The notes beneath the pieces were generated by a model. The model worked only from the letters and a program-made list of their open reading frames with translations, had not been told where the DNA came from and did not search any database. From Octopus sinensis (taxonomy: Eukaryota), in NCBI RefSeq assembly GCF_006345805.1, contig NC_043000.1, positions 9,052,001-9,116,000 on the forward strand: a DNA stretch of 64,000 nucleotides, in the 5' to 3' direction. Shown here piece after piece: positions 11,243 to 23,306 of the stretch. Made by a program: the position numbers and the translations under genes. Each line of letters starts with the position of its first letter. Positions within the stretch are counted from its first letter, which is position 1.

Positions 11243-12279
11243 ACAGAGTAACCTATGGAAGGTTTTTAGCCACCTGTTGGTTTTTCAATTTTTTTTCTAC
11301 TTGAATAGTTTTCTCTTCTTTGCAGGTACCTATATGAATTTAACTGTGTTTTGGGATTAATTTTAACTATATCGATAAAGTCGGTGCCCCAGCATAGCAG
11401 CTGTTCAATGAAAATTTGTTACAGACATTACAAATTCTCTGGATATGTCACTGTTTCATATAAGGACAGTACTGAAAGTCTGTGGATATAAATGAAGAGT
11501 TGCAAGAAATAGACCAAGGATTCCAAAAGCTAATAAAATCAAAAACATTCAACAGAACTAGAGAGTTCTGAAACAGAAAATGACAAGATTTAGTCATCAA
11601 TAATATGGTCTGATGAAAGTAAACTCTACAAATTTTCTTATTTAAGTCAAAACTATGTGTGACAGAGTAAAACTGAAACATTTGAGTAAGACCATTTCCA
11701 CAGAACTGTTAAACATAAAGGATATGGAATTATGGATTCAATGGAGAGGGATCTGCAAGGGTGGCAGGCTAATCAGAGCTCAATTTTGTTGAAAAATCAT
11801 TTATATAACCCAAAATACTACCAAATACTTAAAGGGAATCTAATAATCATTTATTCCAATGCAGGAATTTGCAAGAAGACCACTCTTTTTCATGAAGAGG
11901 AGTTTCATGCTGTACAAGCAAGAAAGAGATCTCATGTTTGGTAAATAACTCACAGAACCCAGTCTCTGAAACGGGTTACTCAAATCCCAGTTTTAATCCA
12001 ACAGAACAGATATGAAAACATCGTGATAAAAGGGGGAGAGCAAAATCATTACAAGTAACCGCAACTGAAGAGCTGGAAAAGTAGCTGAATATGGATTAGT
12101 CTGGCATTGATAATCTAATCAAATCCATGCTTAATCATGTGGAACCATATTAAGTACAGGAGGGACAATAAAACACTGAGACAAACTCATATATTCAAGA
12201 TAATTATTCATGAAGTTAATACAAGTTAAATTATCCTTGCATTTTATAATCCCAACTCTGAAGTTTTTGTAAGCCACTG
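11243..12279 (+). pseudogene. Highly degenerate Tc1-family element
   Basis: IIWSDESK (about 11600-11625), PSFNPTEQI-like second motif (about 11985-12010), NLIKSMLNHVE C-terminal segment, 3' TIR TTTTGTAAGCCACTG|TA. Confidence 0.6.
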
Positions 12280-13329
12280 TACATGTTGTATATACACACA
12301 TTGATTCATCTGTTAAAACTGTTAGAAAAAAAAATCAATGCTGTTTCTCAGGAGATTTTAATTAATATATGAATGTTTATAAACATATATAACACACAAA
12401 CTATCACTCCCACAGCCACTTAGGTAGTTTTACGGTTAATAAAAGTTTCATATTCTCTATATCTGCATATGATTGTTTGTACAATCAAGCATGTGTATGT
12501 GTTTGTGCACACATACATACACAAACATGCAGATACATATACATAATTTATATTTATGTGTTCATGTTTGTGAATATTTGCACCTCTCTGAAAACTGAGT
12601 TAAAAGCTGTAACATTGCTGCCATTTCCAGTCTACAGATTATCTGCTGGCTCTGTGCATTCAAAGATCTGTAAAATAAGAGATCTCTTACTTCAAAAACA
12701 AGGTAGAATTAGTGATAGAGAGGACACCCATCTATAAAAGAGTACCTCCAAATATATGTTTCTAACTCATAACAGCATGGAAAAAAAACATGGAAAAACA
12801 AACTATGTGTGTGCATGTATGTGTGTGTGTGTAGACATACAGAAAGATAGCTGTGTGTGTGTGTGTGTGTGTGTAGGTGTGCATGTATAAACATGTACAT
12901 ACATGCAATTATTTACATCTTTTATTTGTATGTATGTAAACCTCTCATCTCCTAGCATAAAGCTGTCTTTCACAAGGTTTGTAGTTTTGGAATCTGCATG
13001 GTAACTTCCCTGGTGCTGGTGGTACCAAGCACACAGTTTAAGGTGACTGGGATTAGAAAGAGCATCCAATCATAGAAACCACATCAAAGAAGACTGTAGA
13101 ATACAATGCAGTCTTCAGACCAGTTGGATCTTGTCAAACCATCCAATCCATTACATGTATAGGTGAAGGCACGGCTGTGTGATAAAAAGTTTGTTTGCTA
13201 ACCCCACATAGCACCTGCAGCTAATACCTTCTATCACTCAGGCTGACCAAATCCTTGTGAATATATGTGGTAGACAAAAACTGAAATAAGCTCATAGTAT
13301 GCGTGTGTGTGTGTGTGTGTATATATATC

Positions 13330-13629
13330 ACGTGATTACATGACTGACCAGGCTATCAGATGTTGCTACACATCACTGGTCACAATGCGCTTCACATTGT
13401 TTTAGCCTTCAACGACGCCACCCCGCTAGCTAAGCGAGAAGGTCAACAGAAGAAAGTGAGAGAAAGTTGTGGTGAAAGAGTACAGCAGGGATCACCCCCA
13501 CCCCAGCCCTACCGGAGCCTCATGGAGGTTTAGGAGTTTTTACCCAATAAACACTCACAACACCCAGTCTGGGAATCAAAACCGCAATCCTACGACCACA
13601 AGTCTGCTGCCCTCACCACTGGGCCTCCA
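13330..13629 (-). mobile_element. tRNA-derived SINE, family C
   Basis: Minus head GTGGAGGCCCAGTGGTGAGGGCAGCAGAC...CCCTGCTGTACTCTTTC shared with 38135; tail differs. Confidence 0.8.
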
Positions 13630-13630
13630 C

Positions 13631-13679
<49 letters not shown>

Positions 13680-13949
13680 GTAGGGGGTAGCAATTTTCTT
13701 CGATAATAGGGCCCCTGGAAGTGATCCTTATATATAGCCAAGGGAAATAACCCATTCATTTTCCTAAATTATTTGGTAAAAATGAAATTGAGTATGCTTA
13801 TTTCTTAGTATTTGAACTGTCAGAGTTATTTTCACAATTTATCCAGTACAACCCTTAAACAAGTAAATAGTATTTTCCTAAACAATAGATCCACTTATCT
13901 CAGTTAGTGACTTATTCATGAATATACCAACACTAGTGTCACGAGGGTA

Positions 13950-14310
13950 ATATTCTTTGGGAACGCACAAAAGCCCTTTTCAGAGTTATTTACTTTGAAT
14001 TGTTATTATCTCATAGCCTGTTATTATGTAACATGCTTCACTATTTTAGTATACATACCTTAATAATATTTCCTCCTATATTCTATATACTCTGGGACCT
14101 CATCAAAGCCCTTTCCAGGGCTACCCTATCTGAATTCTTACTATCACGTAACTAATTTCATGTAATTACATAACTGACTTCACAATTTGGGTATTCATAA
14201 CTTATTGGGAATTCTTAAAAACAAGATCCTTTGTAAGACAGTTCTGTATTCTCTGTAAGTGCACGAAAACCGTTTTAAGGGCTACATACTTTGTATTGTT
14301 GTTATAGGAT
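13950..14310. repeat. Three diverged ~135-160 bp tandem units
   Basis: AAAGCCCTTTTCAGAGTTA / AAAGCCCTTTCCAGGGCTA / AAACCGTTTTAAGGGCTA recur with similar flanks. Confidence 0.5.
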
Positions 14311-14739
14311 TAGCAAAACAATTATGAGAATGGAACCAAGGGATAAGCTTCAGTTTCGCAGGAATTACCGGGTATGTCAGCTGCCACATACATATATACT
14401 TATGTGTGTGTCACAACTGGTTTAGTCTTTAGGTCCTTGTAACTTAGTAGCATGGCATAAGAGACCAACAGAATAAGTACCAGACTTCAAAAGAAATAAA
14501 TATTGGGGCTGACTTTATTCAACTAAACCCTTCAAAGCAGTGTCCAACGACCAAAATAAGTAAAAGATAAAAGGTATATACACACACCATGGGTTTTCTA
14601 TAGTTTCCATCAATGAAATTCCACTCACAAAACAGCAGTCAGCCCATGAACTACAGTACAAGATACTTTACCAAGCTGGTGCACAGTAATACTGGATCCA
14701 AAATCATGTAGTGCCATGTTTTTAAGAAGTTTGCTAAAA

Positions 14740-16760
14740 TTAAAATAGAGTACCAGTCAAGAACTGGAGGTTAATAGGATCCAGCCCTCAAAACTGTTGA
14801 CCTTATGCCTAAATTAGAATCTATTATTATTATTATCATCATTATTATTATTAAGGCAGTGAGCTGGAAGAATCATTAACACAATGGATGAAATGCTTAG
14901 TGCTATTTCACCTGTTGCTATGTTCTGAGTTAAAAATTCCGCCAAAGTCAATGCCTTTCATCCTTTCGGAGTCGGCAAATTAAGTACCAGTGACACACTG
15001 GGGTTGATTAATTGACTAGTCCCCCCACCCAACCCCAAATTTGAGGCCATGTGCCTCCAGTAGAAAAGATTATTACCTCCACCTTAGCGAAGGTGGAGGT
15101 ATTGTTTTCAGTCGTGTTCGCCTATGGACAAGATATCTCAAGAATCGCTGGATGGATTTGGATGAAACTTTCAGGAATATCTGGCCTTGTGACTGGCACG
15201 GTCTCATTACATTTTGGGATTGATCTGGTACCAGACAAGCATTCTGGATTATTTTTCCAATTCTTTCTAGTTTACAGGTATATGTAAAGTTACACATAGT
15301 TCTCTTGTACACGCACACACATACACTCACCCATTTTCAGTGTTGAACATTACCATCCCATTTCCATTGTACACACACATGCATGTAAGCATACCTCTCT
15401 TTTACACACACATACAATCACACTTCAAATGCCGTTTATCGGTGAGCTGGCAGAACCGTTAGCACGCCGGGTGAAATGCTTAGTGGTATTTCATCTGTCT
15501 TTACGTTCTTAGTTCATATTCCGCCAGGGCTGACTTTGCCTTTCATCCTTCTGGGGTCGATAAATTAAGTACCAGTTGCATACTGGGGTCAATATAATCG
15601 ACTGAATCCCTCCCCCAAAATTTCAGGCCTTGTGCCTTGAGTAGAAAAGAATATATATATATATATTTGGATTATTTTTCTGTTTGAGAGCAGTCGGGTT
15701 CATTTTTAGTATTCTTGTCTGTCAGAGCAGTCAATTTTATTTCAGATGTTCTCATTTTAAAAATCATCTCCAGTTAATTGAGAGGACGTTGGTGTTGCAT
15801 TAGCGGAGGTTTGTGCTGAGTGCTCTTCTTATTGTTGTTGTTATTATTAAGGTGGCAAGATGGCAGAATTGCCAGCACACTGGATGAAATGCTTAGCGGC
15901 ATTTTGCCAGTCACTATGTTCCGAGTTCAAATTCTGTTGAGGTCGACTTTGCTTTCCATTTGGTTAGGGTTGATAAATTACCAGTGAAACACTGGGGAGG
16001 GGGAGGGGTTAATCGACTAGTCCCCTTCCCTCAAATTTCAGGCAATGTGCCTATAGCAGAAAGGATTATTATCATTATTATTATTATTATTACTCGGAAT
16101 CCAAATTCAGCTGAGGTCAACTTTGCCTCTAATCCATTCAGGGTCAGTAAAATAAGTACAGGTCAAATAAATACTGGGATAGATGTAATTAACTCCACAC
16201 CTCCTCTCAAAAACCGCTGGCCCTGCACCAAAATCTGAAACCATTGTCTCCAGTTAATTAAGGTGGTGAGCTGATTGAATCGTTATCACACCTGACAAAC
16301 TGCTTAGTGACATTTCGTCCATCTTCACATCCCAAGTTCAAATCCAGCCAAGGTTAACTTTACCTCTTGCCCTTTTTAGAGTCAATAAAATAAGTACCAG
16401 TAGAGCACTGGGGTCTATGAAATCAACTAGCCCTGTCTCCCAAAATTTCAGGCCTTGTGCCAATAGTAGAAAGGATATTATTATTATTATTATTATTATC
16501 ATTATTATTATTATTAGCTGGCTCAAGGAGGCAAGCTGACAGAATTGTTAGTATGCCAAGTAAAATGCTTAATGGTATTTCATTTGTCACCACATTCTGA
16601 GTTCAAATTCAGCCGAGATCAAATTTGCCTTTCATCATTTTGGGGTTGGTGAAATAAATACCAGTTACACACTTGAGTTGATTTAACCAACTTTACCCCT
16701 CCCCCAAAATTTCAGGCCTTGAGCCTAGAGTAGAAAGGATTATTATTATTATTATTATTA
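14740..16760 (+). mobile_element. Head-to-tail array of family-B SINEs (Deu/Nin-like central domain), mostly separated by (ATT)n
   Basis: Copies at about 14740 (3' part), 14855, 15440, 15851, 16095, 16262 and 16527, each GGCGGCGAGCTGGCAGAA-like...GCCTTTCATCCTTTCGGGGTCGATAAA-like...GTAGAAAGGATTATT-like. Confidence 0.9.
15073..15832 (+). mobile_element. Helentron-associated element (HINE/DINE-1-like) with nested SINE
   Basis: 5' hairpin ACCTCCACCTT-AGCG-AAGGTGGAGGT then ATTGTTTTCA; 3' GCGGAGGT subterminal IR plus GTGCTGAGTGCTCTT; inserted in T-rich site; SINE B at 15440-15652 inside. Confidence 0.7.
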
Positions 16761-17276
16761 CAATCCAGGATCTTGTAATACTAGTTATTATCTAAAGTTA
16801 GCAACTATAATTGCGGCAACCACCAAACAGGAAAGCACACTTCTTAATCCGCCTTTGAAGAACTACCATGCTGTTACATATCTCACTTTATGAAACTGAA
16901 CAGGCAAATAGAAGCACTTACATAGTTGAAACAGGACTGCAGAACAAGTAGGGTGTAAGATATCAAAAGAAATTATACAGCTTATTACAAAATTTAACAT
17001 ATTCTTCTACTTGGCTGTGGCCATGCTGGAACACCACCTTAATGGGTTTTAGTTGAAGAAATCAACCCCAGGACTTATTCTTTGTTAGTCTCATACTTAT
17101 TCCATGGGCCTCTTTTGCTGAACTGCCAAGTTACAAGGACATAAACACACCAGCATTGGTTATCAAGCGAGGGGGATGGAACACACACATACACATAAAT
17201 ATATACAAGTGTGTGTAAATATATATATAGAAAATGTGTACTTACATATAAGAGAACAAAGTGTAAGTATGCCGCT

Positions 17277-17467
17277 ATACAAAATGGGACAAGAATGCAA
17301 AACATCCAGACAACTAGGTGATACAGCCGAAATACAAGGATGATCCGGTTCTTGACTGAGGATAGAAAGTTTCGAATGACCTATCCTTGTTTTATCTGGA
17401 TGTTTTGTTGTCCCTTTTTGTATCACCTAGTTGTCCGGATGTTTTGAGTACATGTCCCATTTTGTAT
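17277..17467. mobile_element. Penelope-like terminal-repeat remnant with inverted ~48-bp ends
   Basis: Arms 17277-17325 / 17419-17467; interior CAGCCGAAAT...TCTTGACTGAGGA homologous to 23258-23297; abuts (TA)n. Confidence 0.6.
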
Positions 17468-17478
17468 TTTATATATAT

Positions 17479-17561
<83 letters not shown>

Positions 17562-17733
17562 TATATATATATTAATAGAAATAGAATGTTATAATTTCTA
17601 AACCTCTCTAAAGAACAGATACAGCAGCAGTACTAGGTATTAATATTTATTGCCAAACTAAAATGGCAATCCAGAGAAATAGGACAAATGCTGTCGTTGA
17701 TTAGCTCCAAGAGGCAATCGCCTCTAGCTAGCA

Positions 17734-18335
17734 ATCATCATCATCATCATCATCATTTAGCGTCCGTTCTCCATGCTAGCATGGGTTGGATGGTTCAACT
17801 GGGGTCTGTGAAGCTGGAAGGCTTCATCAGGCCCAGTCAGATCTGGCAGTGTTTCTACGGCTGGATGCCCTTCCTAACGCCAACCACTCCGTGAGTGTAG
17901 TGGGTGCTTTTTACGTGCCACCTGCACAGGTGCCAGACAGAGCTGGCAAACGGCCACGAACGGATGGTGCTTTTACGTGTCACCGGCACGGGGCCAGGCG
18001 AGGCTGGCAACGGACACGAACGGATGGTGCTTTTACGTGCCACCAACACGGGGGCCAGACAGAGCTGGCAAACGGCCACGAACGGATGGTGCTTTTACGT
18101 GTCACCGGCACGGGGCCAGGCGAGGCTGGCAACGGGCACGAACGGATGGTGCTTTTACATGCCACCGACACGGGGGCCAGACAGGGCTGGCAAACGGCCA
18201 CGAACGGATGGTGCTTTTACGTGTCACCGGCACAGGGGCTAGGTGAGGCTGGCAATGGACACGAACGGATGGTGCTTTTACATGTCACCGACATGGGGGC
18301 CAGACAGGGCTGGCAAACGGACACGAACGATGATG
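17734..18335 (-). mobile_element. RTE LINE 3' UTR with expanded 60/62-bp minisatellite
   Basis: (CAT)n tail plus TTAGCGTCCGTTCTCCATGCTAGC; seven GGTGCTTTTACRTG-type units at 17903, 17966, 18026, 18088, 18148, 18210, 18271. Confidence 0.85.
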
Positions 18336-19739
18336 AACAAACCTGTGTCCATAAACCTTTGAACAGGTGAAATCATCAACTTCCCTTTGCTGGCATGGCA
18401 TCAGGCTTCTTTCAGTTTCCTTCTATTAAATCCACTCAAAAGACTTTGGTCAACTAAGACTATAATAAAAGGTATTTGCCCAAGGTGCCACACAGTGGGA
18501 CTGAACCCGGAACCATGTGGTTGGGAAGTAAGCTTCTTACCACACAGCTATACCTGTGCCTATATCTATAACAGTTGTAAATTATATTCCAACAATTCCT
18601 TGATTTTGGGGGTGTAGGGTTTGTCTGGGGTTTTTTGGGGGGGGCAGGGGGTATGAAAGAGAGAAGTGTATATTCATAACTAGCTTAAAAGCTATAGGGT
18701 GGATTTTACACTAGTATTTATGTTTTAAGCAACTGACCCTGAATGGGAAGATCTGCAAACAGATCTCTGACTTGCTTTGGAGAATTTGTTGCAGTTGCTT
18801 CCTCCAGAGTCATATCTCAATGATGATCAGATTCGTTGTAAAAAATCATTAAAAAAAAAAATTTTTTTTAAATCACTGGAAACAATTTCAGTAATGAAAA
18901 CATTACAGGATTGCAAGTCTGAATTTGGCCTGCAATGTTTTTAATTTACTCTCACAGCCTTTAGATTATAAAAATTGTTATCATACAAGAATATTAGTCA
19001 CAAAAAGTTGTGTAAAAAAAAATCACCGAAAACAATCACAGTAATGAAAACTTAGCGATTTGGCAAAAGAGACTGATAGAGTAAGTACTAGGCTTGCAAG
19101 GAATAAGACCTGGGGTCGATTTGCTTGACTAAAGGTGATGCTCCAGCATGGCCACAGTCAAATGGCTGAAACAAGTAAAAGAGTAAAAGCATAATGTAAA
19201 ATATACTTCCAAGAAATTTTAGCAGAGTAATATATGTAAGCATGTTGTTCTTTTTGTGGAAGTAAATATTAGCTATGCCTGATGGAATAACCTATCTCAC
19301 AGGATGATATAATAGTTTGTTAGCCACCACTAAAGATTATCTAGGAGATGAAAACTCTACTCATCATCACCAAGTGATCACACAAATTTTCTTCCTTTTA
19401 GTTGCACAATTGACCACCTCTGTCAAGTTCAAAACTTCAGAACTGTTACAATCAATGCCAGCAAAATGAAAGGTAAATGAGGGCAAATGGTGAAGCTGTT
19501 GGATCAGACGTGAGTGGATGAGGGCTTCAGTAAGATTCCTCAAGAGCAAGGAACAGTGGGTTAAATTCTTCTGGGTGGATAACAGATAAATTGTGGGTTG
19601 AGTAGGTAGATCATTAGCAGTTAGACAAATTAATTGAGATAAATAAGAGATAATAATTAATAATTAAGCTTAGGCTAGCTATGGAGGAAAATGAAAGCAA
19701 CATTTATCTCTACATACACTTCACAATAAAAGATGGCAG

Positions 19740-22150
19740 GTGCACAGAAAGGCCACTTTTATGGGACCCTCTCGCTTCAAATGACCTCATTATCATAGCT
19801 GACAATTTTATGGAACTAGTGGGCAATGCCAAGGAGGCTATCTATATGGTACAAAAAAATGAGATCAACACTCCCGAAATTCTGCGATATGGATGACCTT
19901 AGCATTTGCAATGCTAACTTCAGGAAATAGGCTAGCCACCTGATTGGTTAATCAGGTGAAAACACACACTTGATAGACTTTTTTCTCACCGGGAAATAAG
20001 ATAGGCAGATAGTTATGAATGATAAGTCGGTTTTTTTTTAGTTTTTTTCTTGGTGAAGAATGTACCACTCAACAGACTCGTGATTAGTAACTTCAGAACA
20101 AGAGCTCAACAGACCCATACACAAGACAATCTGAAGGAAAAAATATGGATGCTGAAAAAAGCCTTCAATCTGTTATAGGTTCAGAGAGGTTCTGATTTAT
20201 ATGACAGGAATGAGGAGACAGACTTGTAATATAGAGGACAACTGAGTTTTTCTATATGACAACCTGTTGAGGACCACAGACCAGATCTTTCATTAGTGCA
20301 AAGTCACAACCACGTGGTAGTGGATTAGAAGAATGCTGTAAAAAGAGCCATAAAAGCTATGAGACAAGCTTGGAAACACTAGAAGAAAAGGGCCATCACT
20401 AGAAGAGAAGCTAGGCAGAAAAGGGATGAGCAAGAATTTTATAACATGTGTCCATTGCAAACTATAGATATCCAAGATATTTAGTGGGATTACTAACTAG
20501 CTGACAGGGAAGGTAGAAATATTCATAAACTAAATTCCATTCATGATGTATTGATAAACCCAAGGCTAGAGTCGAGAATACATGCCCAAGATACTGGACA
20601 GTGGAATGTGGTTGTGATGCACTAAAATAATGTAGCCTCATCAACACAATAAGAACAAACAAGTTGCACTTTGTTGTTTCTTGCAAGGAAAGTGAAAAAG
20701 AATAAGAACAGCCAATACCCACACTTCTACATAGTATTAATTAATGAAAGGTAGATTTGAAGGAGACACAAGTGTTCTATGCCATACTGTTATAAGGAAG
20801 TAACGCCTGGATTTCATAGAATGGTCTGGCTGTTGAGTTGATATCTTTGGCAAGCAGTATGGAATGGTTACATGAAAGAAGGGCATAAAATATGAAGGAT
20901 TAGGGAATCCTGCAGAGCATAAGGATGGCAGTATTCTAGTAGAGGTGAGACATCATGGGCTACCAGCTAGATCCACTGTGTTGAACCCGGCTTGCACTAG
21001 ACAAAAGAAGGAGAAAAGAGATGTGATTTGAACTGGAGAGGGAAGCATGAAATGCTTTATCACAGATATGGCAGACAGATGAGAGAAAATAGCCATAGCT
21101 GAGAGCAAATACATTATTAATGAGTAATAAAACAGAATAGGTACTGTACAGTAATAGTAGTTACAGCTGCATGCAGTATGTTGTGGAGGAGACATGGATC
21201 ATGGAGGGAAGAGAGTATGCGACAGTGTGAGCCATAACCCTGACATTCCCTGGAGACCTCAATCCTACTTGAAGGGGCATGCCCTGGAATGCAAACTGCT
21301 CCAGTCAGAACTGACAGATGAGCAAAAGGATTGTTTTTATGAGCCATTTTCACAGACTACCTCCAAAACAGATGTTATAAATAGTAGGTGACTTAAATAG
21401 ACAGGCTGGACACAAAGGAACTGTCATTGGTACAAGAAGTAAAATGGTATCAAGACCCTTGGAGTTCTGAAATGCAGAAATAACCCAACCAGAAATTTCA
21501 GAATCACCAATCACTCAGACAAATATGCTGAGTAGACAGACATGATTCTCATAAGGAAACAAAGAAGACTGCTCCTTACAAACACTATTTCCTTGAAGAA
21601 TGAACCACTTAAAATAGACTAGTAATTAGTGACTGCAAGATAAGAGCTAAGCTGAATCAGAGACAGAAAACTACTTGGAGAAATTGGAGAAAGAAGGTGT
21701 GGAAGCTAAAAATATCCTTCTTCTTTATGTAACTTTCAAAATGTACAACATGATGATGAGGATGAGGAGGAACTGGAGGACTACAATGTTTCAGTGAGAC
21801 AACTGCATAGAGCAGCACCCTAGTGGCAGACAGATGGAGAGAATATGGTGAGGGAATAAACAGTTTAACAGATAGAGCCAAAAATTCTGAGACAGGTCAT
21901 CTTGAAGGAATTGAGGGAAAGGAGGAGCATGGAATACTACAAGGTGGATCAGGGGTGCCTGAGTAGCAAAGGTATGAGATTAGACAACACCAAGAAACAG
22001 AAGCCATTATAGTAGCAATAGAAAAGTAAAAAAAGGAGCCTGGCTCCTTGCTGGTCAAAGGCTGAAATGAATCTATTGGTGATTAAAGGCTAATCAGTTG
22101 TGGCCCTCCACTGGGTGAAGTCCAAAATGACTGTGTGGACTCTTGGATTT
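19740..22150 (+). pseudogene. Mosaic of decayed RTE-clade LINE coding fragments
   Basis: LWDPLASNDLIIIAD (cf. WELLYADDLVLIA), RLVISNFR...KIWMLK, LLRTTDQI, AVKRAIKAMRQAWK; many stops, scrambled order. Confidence 0.45.
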
Positions 22151-22669
22151 TGATGAAAGAAAGTTCATCATCACCACTACCATCTCACCACAGACATAAC
22201 TGTATAGTTAAGAAGTTTGGTTCAAAACCATGTGTTTAGGATTTGGTCCCACTGTGGTGACATCTTTTACAACAAGCTACAGGTTGACCTATACTTTGTG
22301 AGTGAAATTGGCAGATGGAAACTGAAAGAAGCTTATCATGTATATATTAGTGCATTTATATTTCTCCTCATCATGTGTGTTCATTGACGGTAAACAAAGG
22401 CTTCATTACCATACAAACGGTTTCCTTTCCTTACAGTCCAGGTTTCCTGATATGTCACGCAATCTTTGTAAACAACAGGCTCATTCATACAACATCATTT
22501 ATTTCCAGTTATTTGTATAAACATGTCCAGGTTGTTCATCGTGCAATACACTGGGGGCTTATTACTCTGTATGAACACAGATGAGGTCTGGCATCAGAGA
22601 GAGCACCTCATCACAGAAATCTCTGCTTCAATGTATTATCATCTGCCCAAGGAAAAATTAATATTAAAA

Positions 22670-22713
<44 letters not shown>

Positions 22714-22848
22714 AGAAATATGTACTTACATATCAGACCAAAAGGGTACGGGCGCTGCTAGATATATGTATATGTAAAAAAATACAAACTGGGACAAGAA
22801 CGCAAAACATTTAGAAGACGATACAAAAAACTTGGACGGGACATTCAA

Positions 22849-22914
22849 ATCCTTCAATCTTCAGTCAAGAACCGGATCATCCTCGCAATTTCGGCTGATT
22901 AATCTTGAGATCGC
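22849..22914 (-). ncRNA. Permuted hammerhead-like motif (copy 2, minus arm)
   Basis: Minus strand GCGAT-C-TCAAGA-TTAATC-AGCC-GAAA-TTGC...TCTTGA-CTGAAGA-TTGAA-GGAT. Confidence 0.62.
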
Positions 22915-23240
22915 TCTGATCTGGCCAGCCCCAAGGAAAAACTAAGCTACGAGCATTAGATTTCTTGGAAAAAGGATCGAATGAATACGAAACAAGGACA
23001 GAAAAACGGACAATGCCGAAAAAGGCATTTTTTTCCAAATACACCAGCTAAACTAAGTTGTACTGTCTATAGTCGTAAGACACCCGCTGTTTTTGTCCTG
23101 TTATTACTATTATTGCTTTTTGTATTTATATTCGTGTGGCATCGTCCGTTTTTCTGTCCCTGTTTTGTATACAGTCGATCCTTTTTCCAAGAAATCTAAT
23201 GCTCGTAGCTTAGTTTTTCCTTGGGGCTGGCCGGATCGGA

Positions 23241-23306
23241 GCGATCTCAAGATTAATCAGCCGAAATTGCGAGGATGATCTGGTTCTTGACTGAAGATTG
23301 AAGGCT
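23241..23306 (+). ncRNA. Permuted hammerhead-like motif (copy 2, plus arm)
   Basis: GCGAT-C-TCAAGA-TTAATC-AGCC-GAAA-TTGC-14nt-TCTTGA-CTGAAGA-TTGAA-GGCT. Confidence 0.68.

Noticed and set aside
12584-12667. Possible tetraspanin exon 2 (strong minus-strand acceptor TCTCTTATTTTACAG)
   Set aside because: Phase-0 reading hits a stop after 11 codons, no tetraspanin similarity in any frame, weak donor.
14855-16760. SINE B mobilised by the Dong element because both sit in TAA/ATT repeats
   Set aside because: SINE B sense strand ends in (ATT)n while Dong sense ends in (TAA)n, the opposite strand, and the 3' ends show no shared sequence.
17786-18370. 194-aa repetitive ORF; CRISPR-like periodicity
   Set aside because: Antisense reading of a LINE UTR minisatellite; whole units repeat, there are no unique spacers, and the DNA is eukaryotic.
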